A stretch of 63,547 bases of DNA, counting the filler, from Saprolegnia diclina VS20 (lineage: Eukaryota), in the NCBI RefSeq assembly GCF_000281045.1. It is 5 parts of 2 records of this genome, joined end to end, with 100 filler letters (N's around TTAATTAATTAA, not from the genome) between each part and the next. Parts side by side here need not be neighbours in the genome. Positions count along the whole stretch, not along the records: positions 29,000 to 44,539 come from NW_008246091.1; positions 44,640 to 57,703 come from NW_008246091.1; 3 more parts are not named here. One strand, 5' to 3'. How positions within the stretch are numbered: position 1 is the first letter of the stretch; every line of letters starts with the position of its first letter. Positions 35,480 through 45,259 of the stretch are shown here, piece after piece. The notes under the pieces are model-generated. The model was not told where the DNA came from and searched no databases. It saw only the letters and a program-made list of their open reading frames with translations. The translations under genes were made by a program, and so were the position numbers.

Positions 35480-36898
35480 CTAGGCTATGGCCATCCACGG
35501 GGTTGCCTTGGGCGAGTGAAATCGGTAGCCGTTCATCTTCACGCGGCGCAACGCGGCGTGTTGCTCGAGTAATGTTGTCTGCTTCTTGGTCCAATGCGTC
35601 GTAAAGTTGAGCTCCATACGCGACGTGGCGCCGAGGGCCGTCACGAGGCGCTGACACGCCGAAAGATCGAGCGAATCGTCGCCGTCGACGAGAAAATTCA
35701 CTGTGTGCGTGTTGTGTGTCAAGGCCATCGCCAGGACAAGTAGCTCGGCGCTCTTCTTCGTGAGACAGAGGCGCACGATGCAGTCGTTTCGCTGGCGACT
35801 CAACCACCACGGGAGAGCGTAGAGGATCGAGTTGAGTTGGTCGTCGGGCAAGTCGGCAAGGCTAAGGCTCGAGAGCAGTGTCGAGATTGCCAACAACGAC
35901 GTAATGTCTGCGACAGCATCGTCAGTCAATTTCACGCTGCACAGCTGGAGGGCCTTGAGCGTCAGTAGCGGCGGAAAGCTCGCCAGCGAGACGTTGATCA
36001 GCTTGAGCTTACGCAGATACGGCGGAAACGCGCGTGACACGAGGTTGGCCCCGCCGCCGCCACGCTCGATGGTCAGATTGCGCAGTTGCAACGGTAGCGG
36101 CGGCGATGATGGGTCCATGAAGGCTTCGGACGTCGTTGGCACTTGCGTGAGCTTGACCGTATGCAGCATCGCCGACGAGAGCAGCGTACGGGCCAAGATC
36201 TTAGCGGGGCGTGGCGCAAAATCAGTGTTGATGAGTTTCAATTCCCGCGCGGTTGGTTGTGTGAGCCATGTGACAAGGCCATTGCAGCGCCGCAAGCGAC
36301 TCCGACGCTCGGACGCGATGCGCAGCTGCGAAAGATGCGGGCACGCGGCGAGAATGGCGGCCATGAGACCGTCAAACTCGTCTTGATCGACCTTCTCCTC
36401 GCTCCACACAACGTCGAGCGACGTGAGCTTCGTACACGCGCCAAGCTCTCGCTCCAGAGCACGACCGTCTAGTGTGCCTGCGACAGAGATCGAAAGGGCC
36501 GAGATGTTGCGGACCCAGCTGCCAAATGTGACAGAGAGCTGGTGCGGGGCGTGCACATGAGCGTCGACGTCGATTGTCGGCGGCAGTGGCGTGCGCTCGC
36601 AGATGGCGGTCGATTCGGTGCCCTCGCAGATCGAGATTTTGCGTAGCGCAGGAAGCGCCTTTGCCACTGTCGCGACGTCCATTTTCGCCAAGACAAACCC
36701 ATACGCGACCGGCCAGAGATTCGTGCTTACTTCCAAGAGCGTCACGAGCGCGTCGAGGGCCACACCGCGTGCGTGCGCGGGCATAGCATGAAGAAAGGCC
36801 AGTACGTCTTCTTGCGCGTTGACGTAGTGGGCTACCCGCAGCACGATCGGTGGAAGCCATGGCGCCGCCTCTGCCCGCGCGCGCTTGATGTCCGTCAT
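35480..36898 (-). CDS. F-box-like/LRR family protein, intact
   Basis: MTDIKRARAEAAPWLPPIVLRVAHYV through to FHSPKATPWMAIA*; intronless open frame. Confidence 0.8.
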   Translation of the reverse strand: MTDIKRARAEAAPWLPPIVLRVAHYVNAQEDVLAFLHAMPAHARGVALDALVTLLEVSTNLWPVAYGFVLAKMDVATVAKALPALRKISICEGTESTAICERTPLPPTIDVDAHVHAPHQLSVTFGSWVRNISALSISVAGTLDGRALERELGACTKLTSLDVVWSEEKVDQDEFDGLMAAILAACPHLSQLRIASERRSRLRRCNGLVTWLTQPTARELKLINTDFAPRPAKILARTLLSSAMLHTVKLTQVPTTSEAFMDPSSPPLPLQLRNLTIERGGGGANLVSRAFPPYLRKLKLINVSLASFPPLLTLKALQLCSVKLTDDAVADITSLLAISTLLSSLSLADLPDDQLNSILYALPWWLSRQRNDCIVRLCLTKKSAELLVLAMALTHNTHTVNFLVDGDDSLDLSACQRLVTALGATSRMELNFTTHWTKKQTTLLEQHAALRRVKMNGYRFHSPKATPWMAIA

Positions 36899-37199
36899 CC
36901 AATCTGAGCACCGCGCAATGTGAAATACATGTCGGAAATGCGTGTGTACTATCGCGCACCATACATATACCAAGTGTAGAAAGTGCAATGTGGGAAAGTG
37001 CAATGCGAAAAAGTATCTGCGGCAAAGTGCAATGTGGGAAACTCGATTCCGCCAGATCGCCACGACAATGGGTCCTTCCACAATGCAGCGCGTACTCACT
37101 GATTCACTTCGTCTTTTTCACATCGCACTACCACATTGAAATGAGCACAACCCGCCAGTCTTCTTGATTCATCTCTGGTGGTTTCAGTGGCTACCTCGA

Positions 37200-38690
37200 A
37201 TGGCCGCAACAAAGCGCGCGAAATGAGAGACAGCGTCATGGCTGCTGCTGCCAGTCGTGCTGCAAGCGATCCACTGCTTGGATACGACTGACGATGTCTT
37301 GAGTTTTCTCGACGCAGTGCCCGCCGGTGTGCGCGATGCGTCGCTTAACGCGCTTGTCACGCTCTTGACTGCGAACGCCAACCTCTGGCCGGTCGCCGAT
37401 ACGTTTAACCTCTTGGAGATGGACATTTTGACCGTGGCACGGGCGTTGCCATCATTTCGCAAGGTATGGGTCAACGAAAACAGTGCCATTCTCAAATTTT
37501 GCCGGCGCATGACGCTTTCGCCGACGACCGTTGTCCACGCCAACGTCTGTGCCCCGGATCTCCAGGCGAATTTCGGCAGCTGGGTCCGCAACATCGTCAG
37601 CCTCGCAATCTTCGCCGATGGCAGGCCTCTGAACGCAAGCGCTTTGCAAGAAAATCTCGCCGCCTGCGCGAGGCTCAAGGCGCTCGCCATTAATTGGGAC
37701 AGCGCGGGCGACGCTGAGTTGAACGTCCTCTTGGCGCTCATCGCAACGTCGCGCCCTCGACTCACGGTTCTCCACCTCGATCCTATGATGGACTCCGAGC
37801 TGCAGCGCTGCGAGGGCCTTCTCAAATGGCTTGTGCAACCAAATGCACGCGCGTTCAAGCTCAATCGCGTCGATTTTTGCAGTCCCCGCAGCCAAGCTCT
37901 TGACGCACGCTCTGCTCTCGTCGACGACGCTTCATACGATTGAGCTTGAGGACACGTTGCAGCTCTGTGACGCCGTCTTGGCATCGTCTCGAGCGTTGCC
38001 CCGCCAGCTTTGCACGTTGAAAATGAGTCTTTAGGACGATTGGAATGATGCGCCGTCTCTCGCAGCCAAGTTTTGGTTCTCGGCCATCGCGAGCTTGGAT
38101 CTTTCTTTTGACGCATTCCCCGACATGACACTCATCATGGGCGTCTAGCCATCAAGTCTCAACAAGCTCAAGCTCAGCAATGTAGAGATTGCAAGCTTCC
38201 CGCTGCTGCCAAAACTCGAGCAACTGGTGCTACGCGCAACCACCTTGACTTGGGGTGCTCTCACAGACCTCACTGCATTGCTTGCCGCTTCAACGACGCT
38301 TCTCCACCTCGACCTCGCAAATGCCAAGTTGCTCATGATCCAAGTCAACGCAATCATCGACGATCTGCCGCGCTGGCTGAGTCGCCCAAAAAACACCTGC
38401 GACGTTTACCTTTCGGTGTCGGACACGAGCGCGACGCTGCTCACCGTAGCCATGACCCGGACGCGCAATACGCAGCTAGTGCGGATCGTGCGACACGGTG
38501 AAAATTCGTTTGATCGAGCAGCGTGTCAAAAGCTCGTGCCAAAGTGTTGTGACTGCGCTCGGTGCGACATCTCGGATGAAGGTTTACTGTTTGGGCGAGT
38601 GGACGTCGGACGAAGAGCTTTGGAACTATGCTCCGTTGCACCACATTGAGCGCCCGCACGGTTGGTCCAACTCGCCAAAATCGCCAACTA
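37200..38690 (+). pseudogene. Full-length F-box-like/LRR pseudogene
   Basis: MAATKRAK* (TGA at 37224), then ETASWLLLPVVLQ. Further stops near 38032 and 38146 and frameshifts near 37890 and 38540. Confidence 0.82.
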
Positions 38691-39995
38691 GCTCAAAGTG
38701 TACCGGCTGCGTGTTTCGTGTCTGAAACAACACGGTCGCCACGAGCGCTTCCGTGTCCATCGCCACGGGGAGGCGCGCGGTGCACGCTGTTGCTTGGCGA
38801 CTCAAACAGCGCGGCAGAGCGTACAAGATCGTTCGGAGTTGGTCTTTGGGGACACCCGACTCGGCGAGATTGAGCCGCGACAGCGTCGTCGACGCGGCAA
38901 GCAGCGCTGAGATATCTGCCACCGCCTTGTCTGTCAAAGGCGTCGACCACAATCCCAGTTGTTGGAGCCGGGGCAGCTTCGGGAAGCTCGTGGTACGGAC
39001 GTGGTCCACCTTGAGCTTCCGTAGCGTCGGTGGCAGGACCGCCAAGACGCACGATATGTCGGGGCTCGTGTCAAAGCGAAGGTCCAAGCTGCGGATGGTC
39101 AAGGGCGCAAGTTTGTCGGCGAGCGTCGGTACATCGTCCCAGTCGGCCGTAAAGTCCAAGGCGAGATTGCGCAGCTGCGATGGCAGCGGAGCGTAGTACG
39201 GATCGAGAAACGCGCTGAGAACGTTCGACACATCCAAGAGCTTGATCGTGCGAAGCGTCTTTGACGAGAGCAGTGCGTGCGCCAAGGTCTTGGCGACACG
39301 CGCGACAAAGTTGATGCGTAGAAGCTTGAACGCCTTGGCCTGCGGCCGGGCTAGCCAAGTAGCGAGATGGCGCGCAGCGCCTCGGTGGGCATCTCCGAGT
39401 AGGCGAAGCGAAGTGAGGCGTGGGCACGACGCTGCAATCGCGGTCATGGCGTGTCGAGCTGCGCTTGGTCGACGTTGTCGTCCCACTCAATGTTGAGCGC
39501 CTGGAGCTGAGGGCACCTGCCAGCTTCTTTTGCAGATCGCGGCCGTCCAGCGGCGTGGACGTGACAACGATCGTCAAATCGACAATGTTGGCGACCCATG
39601 CGGTCGACGGAAACTGCGGATAGAAGACAGTCGCTCGGACCGGCGTCGCCAGCGGCAGCGAGAGACTACCGCAGAGCTCATCAATGTCGCTACCATCCTT
39701 GATCCAGAGCAGGCGGATCGCTGGTAGCGAGGCGGCCACCATCGAGGCGTTAAAGACGTTCAAGACGTCGGCATTGGTGACCGGCCAAAGGTACGGCTTG
39801 TCTTCTAAAAGCGTCATGAGCGTGCTCATGACGCCTCGGGCGTTGCTTGGCATGGCATGGAGAAAGACCAGGACGTTCGGGCGTATCAAGGCAGTGGACC
39901 ACCTGCAGGACGGTGGCCGGCAGCAGCCATGAGAGCCCTGCTGCCCGCGCGCGCTTCGCCTCGTCCAGCGCTCCTTCCTTGGCCTCGAGCATCAT
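38680..39995 (-). pseudogene. F-box-like/LRR pseudogene, frameshifted and 3'-truncated
   Basis: EAKRARAAGLSWLLPATVLQVVHCLD. Homology is split over ORFs 39750, 39071 and 38626 and ends at RNTQPVHFELVGD. Confidence 0.78.
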
Positions 39996-40515
39996 GTCAG
40001 CCGCTGAAGTCCAAAGATGACACGGTGGAATATTATTTTCACATTCTTCACGTGAAAAATGAATGATGTGATTTGACATGCCCGCGAATCAACGGACTGA
40101 GGATTCACCACAATGGGATTCACCAAGCGTACAGCAAACGTAGAACTAAACCCAATAGAAACCTTGAGGATATCGGGGCTGCTGGGGCATGGCCATCATT
40201 CGAGTTTGTCAAAATCGATGTTTACTATTGATTGGCCCAAATGTAGTAGAAATTAAGCGAATCCAAACGACGCATCGCCTTCCGCTGCAGCAAAGGCCGC
40301 CGCAAGGCAAGACTTCCGAGCTCACCATCTCGATGGGTCAAGTAGTTAGTACACAACACTTGCAAACAACGATTCGATAGTCCACGTTGCACTATATCTT
40401 GCCATCGATTTCCCGCATATAATCGCAGCATTTCCCACATGGCATCATTTTCCACATACTAGTATTTGCAGCATTTGTACTTCAGTTTCAGGTGGCACGA
40501 CCAAGCCTGGGTGTG

Positions 40516-41897
40516 ATGCGTGCACCGGCAGAATCGGCGCCATGGCTGCTGCCACCCATCGTGCTGCAGGTCGTCCACTGCTTGTATGCAGCCAAAGACG
40601 TCATGGCCTTTCTGCATGCGGTGCCGATCAACGCCCGCGACGAGGCTCTCAACGCACTCGTGGCGCTGTTGGCCGACGCCAACGCGGTGCCGGAGCACCT
40701 CTGGCCACTCACGTTTGCGGACGCCTTGCAGTCCGCCGACGCAGCGACGGTACTAAGAGCACTGCCAGCGCTTCGCAAGCTACGTGCCCGCGAGGACGAT
40801 CATAACGTTACGGCCAACGTTTTCCATGTCATGGCGCTGCCGCCGACGACGCCCGTTGAAGCCTATATCAGTGACGTGCGCAATCTTCGCGAGACCTTTG
40901 GCCTGTGGGCACGCAACATTGTCACGCTTAACATCGATATCGAGGAGGACCCGAGCGATCAACGCGACTTGGCGGCGGCGCTAATGGCGTGCCCGAAGCT
41001 CGAGGCGCTCGCCATCGAGTGGTTCAGCGAGATCAATGCCGAGCAGCTGGACGTTGTCATGGCGGCCATCACCGCCTCGTGCCCCCATTTTGACCACTTC
41101 CATCTCGAAGGCGACATTGGGCCGGAGTTGTCTCAAGCGAACCAAAGCTCGGCGTTTTGTGCTCCGTCACGTAGACTTTTCACGCGAGGCTGCCAAAGCC
41201 TTGGCAACACGCGCTGCGTACGACATCAACACTCGGAACGACCAAGCTCGCGTTCGCATCGAGCGTCCTGGACGCGCTTCTCGATCCGTCGTCGCCACCA
41301 GTGCCTCGCCAGCTCCACACCTTGACGCTATCGCCGCAGGACACGTGGGTCGACGAGACGTATGCCAGCGACAAGCTGGCGTCGTCGGCGGTCTCGCGCA
41401 TGACGCTTGGCTACGATGACTGCTACGTGACACCGATCATGACGGCGTTGCCGCCAACACTGCTGTACCTCACGGTCAGCTATGCCACGATGACGCGCTT
41501 TCCTCTGCTGCCACAGCTCCAGCACCTCAAGCTAGAGGGCGTGACGTTGAGCTCGAACGCAGTGGCCGATCTCACGTCGTGGCTCGCCTCTTCGCCTTCG
41601 CTTCTCCGACTCGACCTGAACCATTTGGCGCTGCCCGACGACCAGCTCCAAAGCATTCTCGATATACTCCCGCCCTGGCTAAGTCGCCAGAAAAGTATGT
41701 GCTGCGTGCGTCTCACAGTCACAGAGGCGACGGCGATGGTCCTCGCACGCACAATTGTCGAGATGCGCAACACCCACGAGGTTCGCTTGGAGCTGCGCGG
41801 CAGACTCGAGTTGGAGACGTACAAGCACCTCGTGGCAGTGCAATGGTGCACACACAATACATTGGGCCTCAGAGCAGCATGGCTGTATCGAGGTCCT
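40516..41897 (+). pseudogene. F-box-like/LRR member with internal deletion and frameshifts (about 41130-41300)
   Basis: MRAPAESAPWLLPPIVLQVVHCL; homology continues in ORFs 41036 and 41301 and ends at the gap. Confidence 0.72.
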
Positions 41898-42641
41898 NNN
41901 NNNNNNNNNNNNNNNNNNNNNNNNNNNNNNNNNNNNNNNNNNNNNNNNNNNNNNNNNNNNNNNNNNNNNNNNNNNNNNNNNNNNNNNNNNNNNNNNNNNN
42001 NNNNNNNNNNNNNNNNNNNNNNNNNNNNNNNNNNNNNNNNNNNNNNNNNNNNNNNNNNNNNNNNNNNNNNNNNNNNNNNNNNNNNNNNNNNNNNNNNNNN
42101 NNNNNNNNNNNNNNNNNNNNNNNNNNNNNNNNNNNNNNNNNNNNNNNNNNNNNNNNNNNNNNNNNNNNNNNNNNNNNNNNNNNNNNNNNNNNNNNNNNNN
42201 NNNNNNNNNNNNNNNNNNNNNNNNNNNNNNNNNNNNNNNNNNNNNNNNNNNNNNNNNNNNNNNNNNNNNNNNNNNNNNNNNNNNNNNNNNNNNNNNNNNN
42301 NNNNNNNNNNNNNNNNNNNNNNNNNNNNNNNNNNNNNNNNNNNNNNNNNNNNNNNNNNNNNNNNNNNNNNNNNNNNNNNNNNNNNNNNNNNNNNNNNNNN
42401 NNNNNNNNNNNNNNNNNNNNNNNNNNNNNNNNNNNNNNNNNNNNNNNNNNNNNNNNNNNNNNNNNNNNNNNNNNNNNNNNNNNNNNNNNNNNNNNNNNNN
42501 NNNNNNNNNNNNNNNNNNNNNNNNNNNNNNNNNNNNNNNNNNNNNNNNNNNNNNNNNNNNNNNNNNNNNNNNNNNNNNNNNNNNNNNNNNNNNNNNNNNN
42601 NNNNNNNNNNNNNNNNNNNNNNNNNNNNNNNNNNNNNNNNN

Positions 42642-43664
42642 GAGGCAGAGCTTTCTCAGCGTCCGGGGCAACGTGGCCATGATGGGCGAGATGTCGCGGG
42701 TCTCAACAAAGCGAAGGTCCAAGCTGTGAATAATTGTGGGTGAAAGCTTGGCTACAAGTGTCGGTGCATCGACTGAGATCGAGCCAAAATCGAGCACCAC
42801 GTTGCGCAGTTGTCGGGGCAGTGGCGGGTAGCTCGGATTCAAAAACGCTTCAAGGACGTTTGAAGCGCCAAGCAGCTTGATCGTTCGAAGCGTCGTTGAC
42901 GTGAAAAGAGTGTGTGCCAAGGTCTTGGCGGCGGGCGGCGCAAAGTCGATGCCGAAGAGCTTGAACACGCGAGCATGCGGTAGAGACAGCCACGCGACGA
43001 GGCTTTTGCAGCACTGTAGACGCACAACCGTCTTGGAAAAGACGCGCAAATGGGCAAGGCGCGGGCACGATGCAGCGACGGCCGCCATGACGTCGTTCAG
43101 CTGCGCTTGATCAACGGCATCGTTCCAATCGATGTAGAGCTCCTGGAGCTTCGTACACGCAGCAAGGGCGCGGGCAAGGTCGTGCCTGTCGAGCGAAATG
43201 GACTCGGCGCTGAAAACGAGGCGCACAATGCTTGGCACCCAGCTGCCAAGCTTGGATTCGAGATCGTGCACGTTGTCGACAGCTGCGCAGACATTGGCGG
43301 TTGGCGGAAGCGGCGTGCAGCGGCAAAAATCGCCGACTCGAGGGCAGTCCTCGTTGACCACAAGCTTGCAGAATGCTGGTAGCGCCTTGAGCACAGACAC
43401 CTTGTCCATCTTTGCCAAGGCGTCCACTTCCGCCACCGGCCACAGGAAGCCGTCCTGTGCCAGAAGCGTCACAAGCGCATCGAGAGCCTCGTCCCGAGCG
43501 TCACTTGGCACCGCATGTAGACAGGCCAAGACGTCGCTAGCTTCATCGAGGTAGTGGACGACCTGGAGGACGATCGGCGGCAGCAGCCATCGTCCTGTGT
43601 TCGCCTTGGCGCGCTTCGACTCGGTCATGGCGGTCTTGGCGCGCTTCGACTCGGTCATGGTCAT
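42642..43664 (-). CDS. F-box-like/LRR family protein (3' end in gap)
   Basis: MTMTESKRAKTAMTESKRAKANTGRWLLPPIVLQVVHYLD...; open to the gap at 42641. Confidence 0.78.
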
Positions 43665-44031
43665 GCTGGGCCGCAAATGGAATTGGAATTTTGCGGACGG
43701 CTTCCGGATACTGCAGGATGCGGCGCTTCTGATTGGCTATAATTGATACATGACGTGGCAGCCGGAGGTTATCGGGAGTATTTGCATGGAGCGAGCGTCA
43801 CTGCATCACGGATTGATTCACGGCAAAATCTAACAAAAAAGACCTTATCATTCGAGAATTTGCCCGAGGCTGGGCGGTACTACAGACCCCACGCCATTGT
43901 CGGCCTCTGAGCACGCGAAACAACAAATATTCAACCTTGGCTTTCTCAACCACCGACTCTTTTGTCCACCATCCCGCCTCAAACAAAAACGACACGAGGA
44001 ACTTGAAAACACCAAATACGATTTCGTTCGA

Positions 44032-44539
44032 CTACGTCAGCGCGAGCCACGGCATGCGGCGTGGCGACCTGTACCACCAATTTGCGCACTCGATGCCGTA
44101 CAACGCTGCGTAGCGTGTGACGTCTTCCTCGTGGACTACTGGCGCATCCTTGCCGAAAAAGCCCAATCGCATGCGCGACGTTGCACGAAAGGCTGTCAAG
44201 AGGCGCTGGGACATGGCCAGGTCGAACGAGTCGTCGGCCGTTAGGTCCAGCCACACATACTGTGTGTTTCGCACGAGGAAAAACACAGCGGTCACAAGCA
44301 TCTCGGTCTCGATCGAAACGGGAAGGCCCACGAAGCACGCTTGTCTCTGGCGGCTAAGCATGCGTGGCAGTGCGAACAAGATCGTTTCAAGCTGGTCCTT
44401 GGGTAATGCCGCGTCAGCGAGGTTGAGCGAGAGGAGCGAGTCGGAAGCTATGAGCTGTGCCGACAAACTTGCAAAGGCGTCGCTCGTCATGGTCACTGCC
44501 CACAAGTCGAGTTTCTGGAGCTTTGGTAGCGTCGGGAAC
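44032..44539 (-). CDS. F-box-like/LRR family protein, 3' part (5' end in gap)
   Basis: FPTLPKLQKLDL..LLSLNLADA..RNTQYV..ATSRMRL..YRSPRRMPWLALT*. Confidence 0.75.
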
Positions 44540-45259
44540 NNNNNNNNNNNNNNNNNNNNNNNNNNNNNNNNNNNNNNNNNNNNTTAATTAATTAANNNNN
44601 NNNNNNNNNNNNNNNNNNNNNNNNNNNNNNNNNNNNNNNGACATGCACGCAATGCTGCCACCCCCGACCACTCGGCCAACCAAGCGCCAACGCCGCACCA
44701 AGTAAGCATCGCTTTATGAAGAAGAGTTTTGCTTTTATGGTCGTCGAGTTTTGTGGCCGGTAGTGTCCTTGCACCCATCTCACTTCCAATCCGCACAAAG
44801 AGAGAATTGTTTCGTGGGAAGCGGATTCCTCACATCTTCTCCTCTCCAAGACGGTGGCAACGGTGCAGCCTGGCGACCCTAGACTGTCCGACACCCAGGC
44901 TTTTGATATCCACAAACACTCTCGACGCAATCCTGTGCAAGATACCCGGATACTCTCGAACCTGGCAAGATGTGTCGAGTCTTGGCGACGATTATCTCAT
45001 CGTGCAGAAGCTCTTTGGGGCATGCTGGCGCCGGATACTGTTCGGTCCTTATTTTTGTACTTTTTGCGGAACAACGTACTAGTATCCGATACTATAAATT
45101 TTGTACAGTCCAGTTTCTCCGCCTTTTGTCTTTGTGCATGGAGTGCTGTGAGTGCAGGTGGATAGTGTACCGAGGATGGTGGTCGCAAAATATATGTTTT
45201 GTGGTTGCACCTCTCGGCGACGAGGACCACACATTTGCGGATTTGCCGTGTCCCAGCGC

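Noticed and set aside
37031..37046. AATGTGGGAAACTCGA matches my recollection of vertebrate U1 stem-loop III
   Set aside because: No other U1 features flank it and the local U1 differs there; a chance match overlapping the promoter motif.
44640..45150. Short ORFs after the 44.6-kb gap as a transposase relic
   Set aside because: No catalytic motif, terminal repeat or second copy was recognisable.
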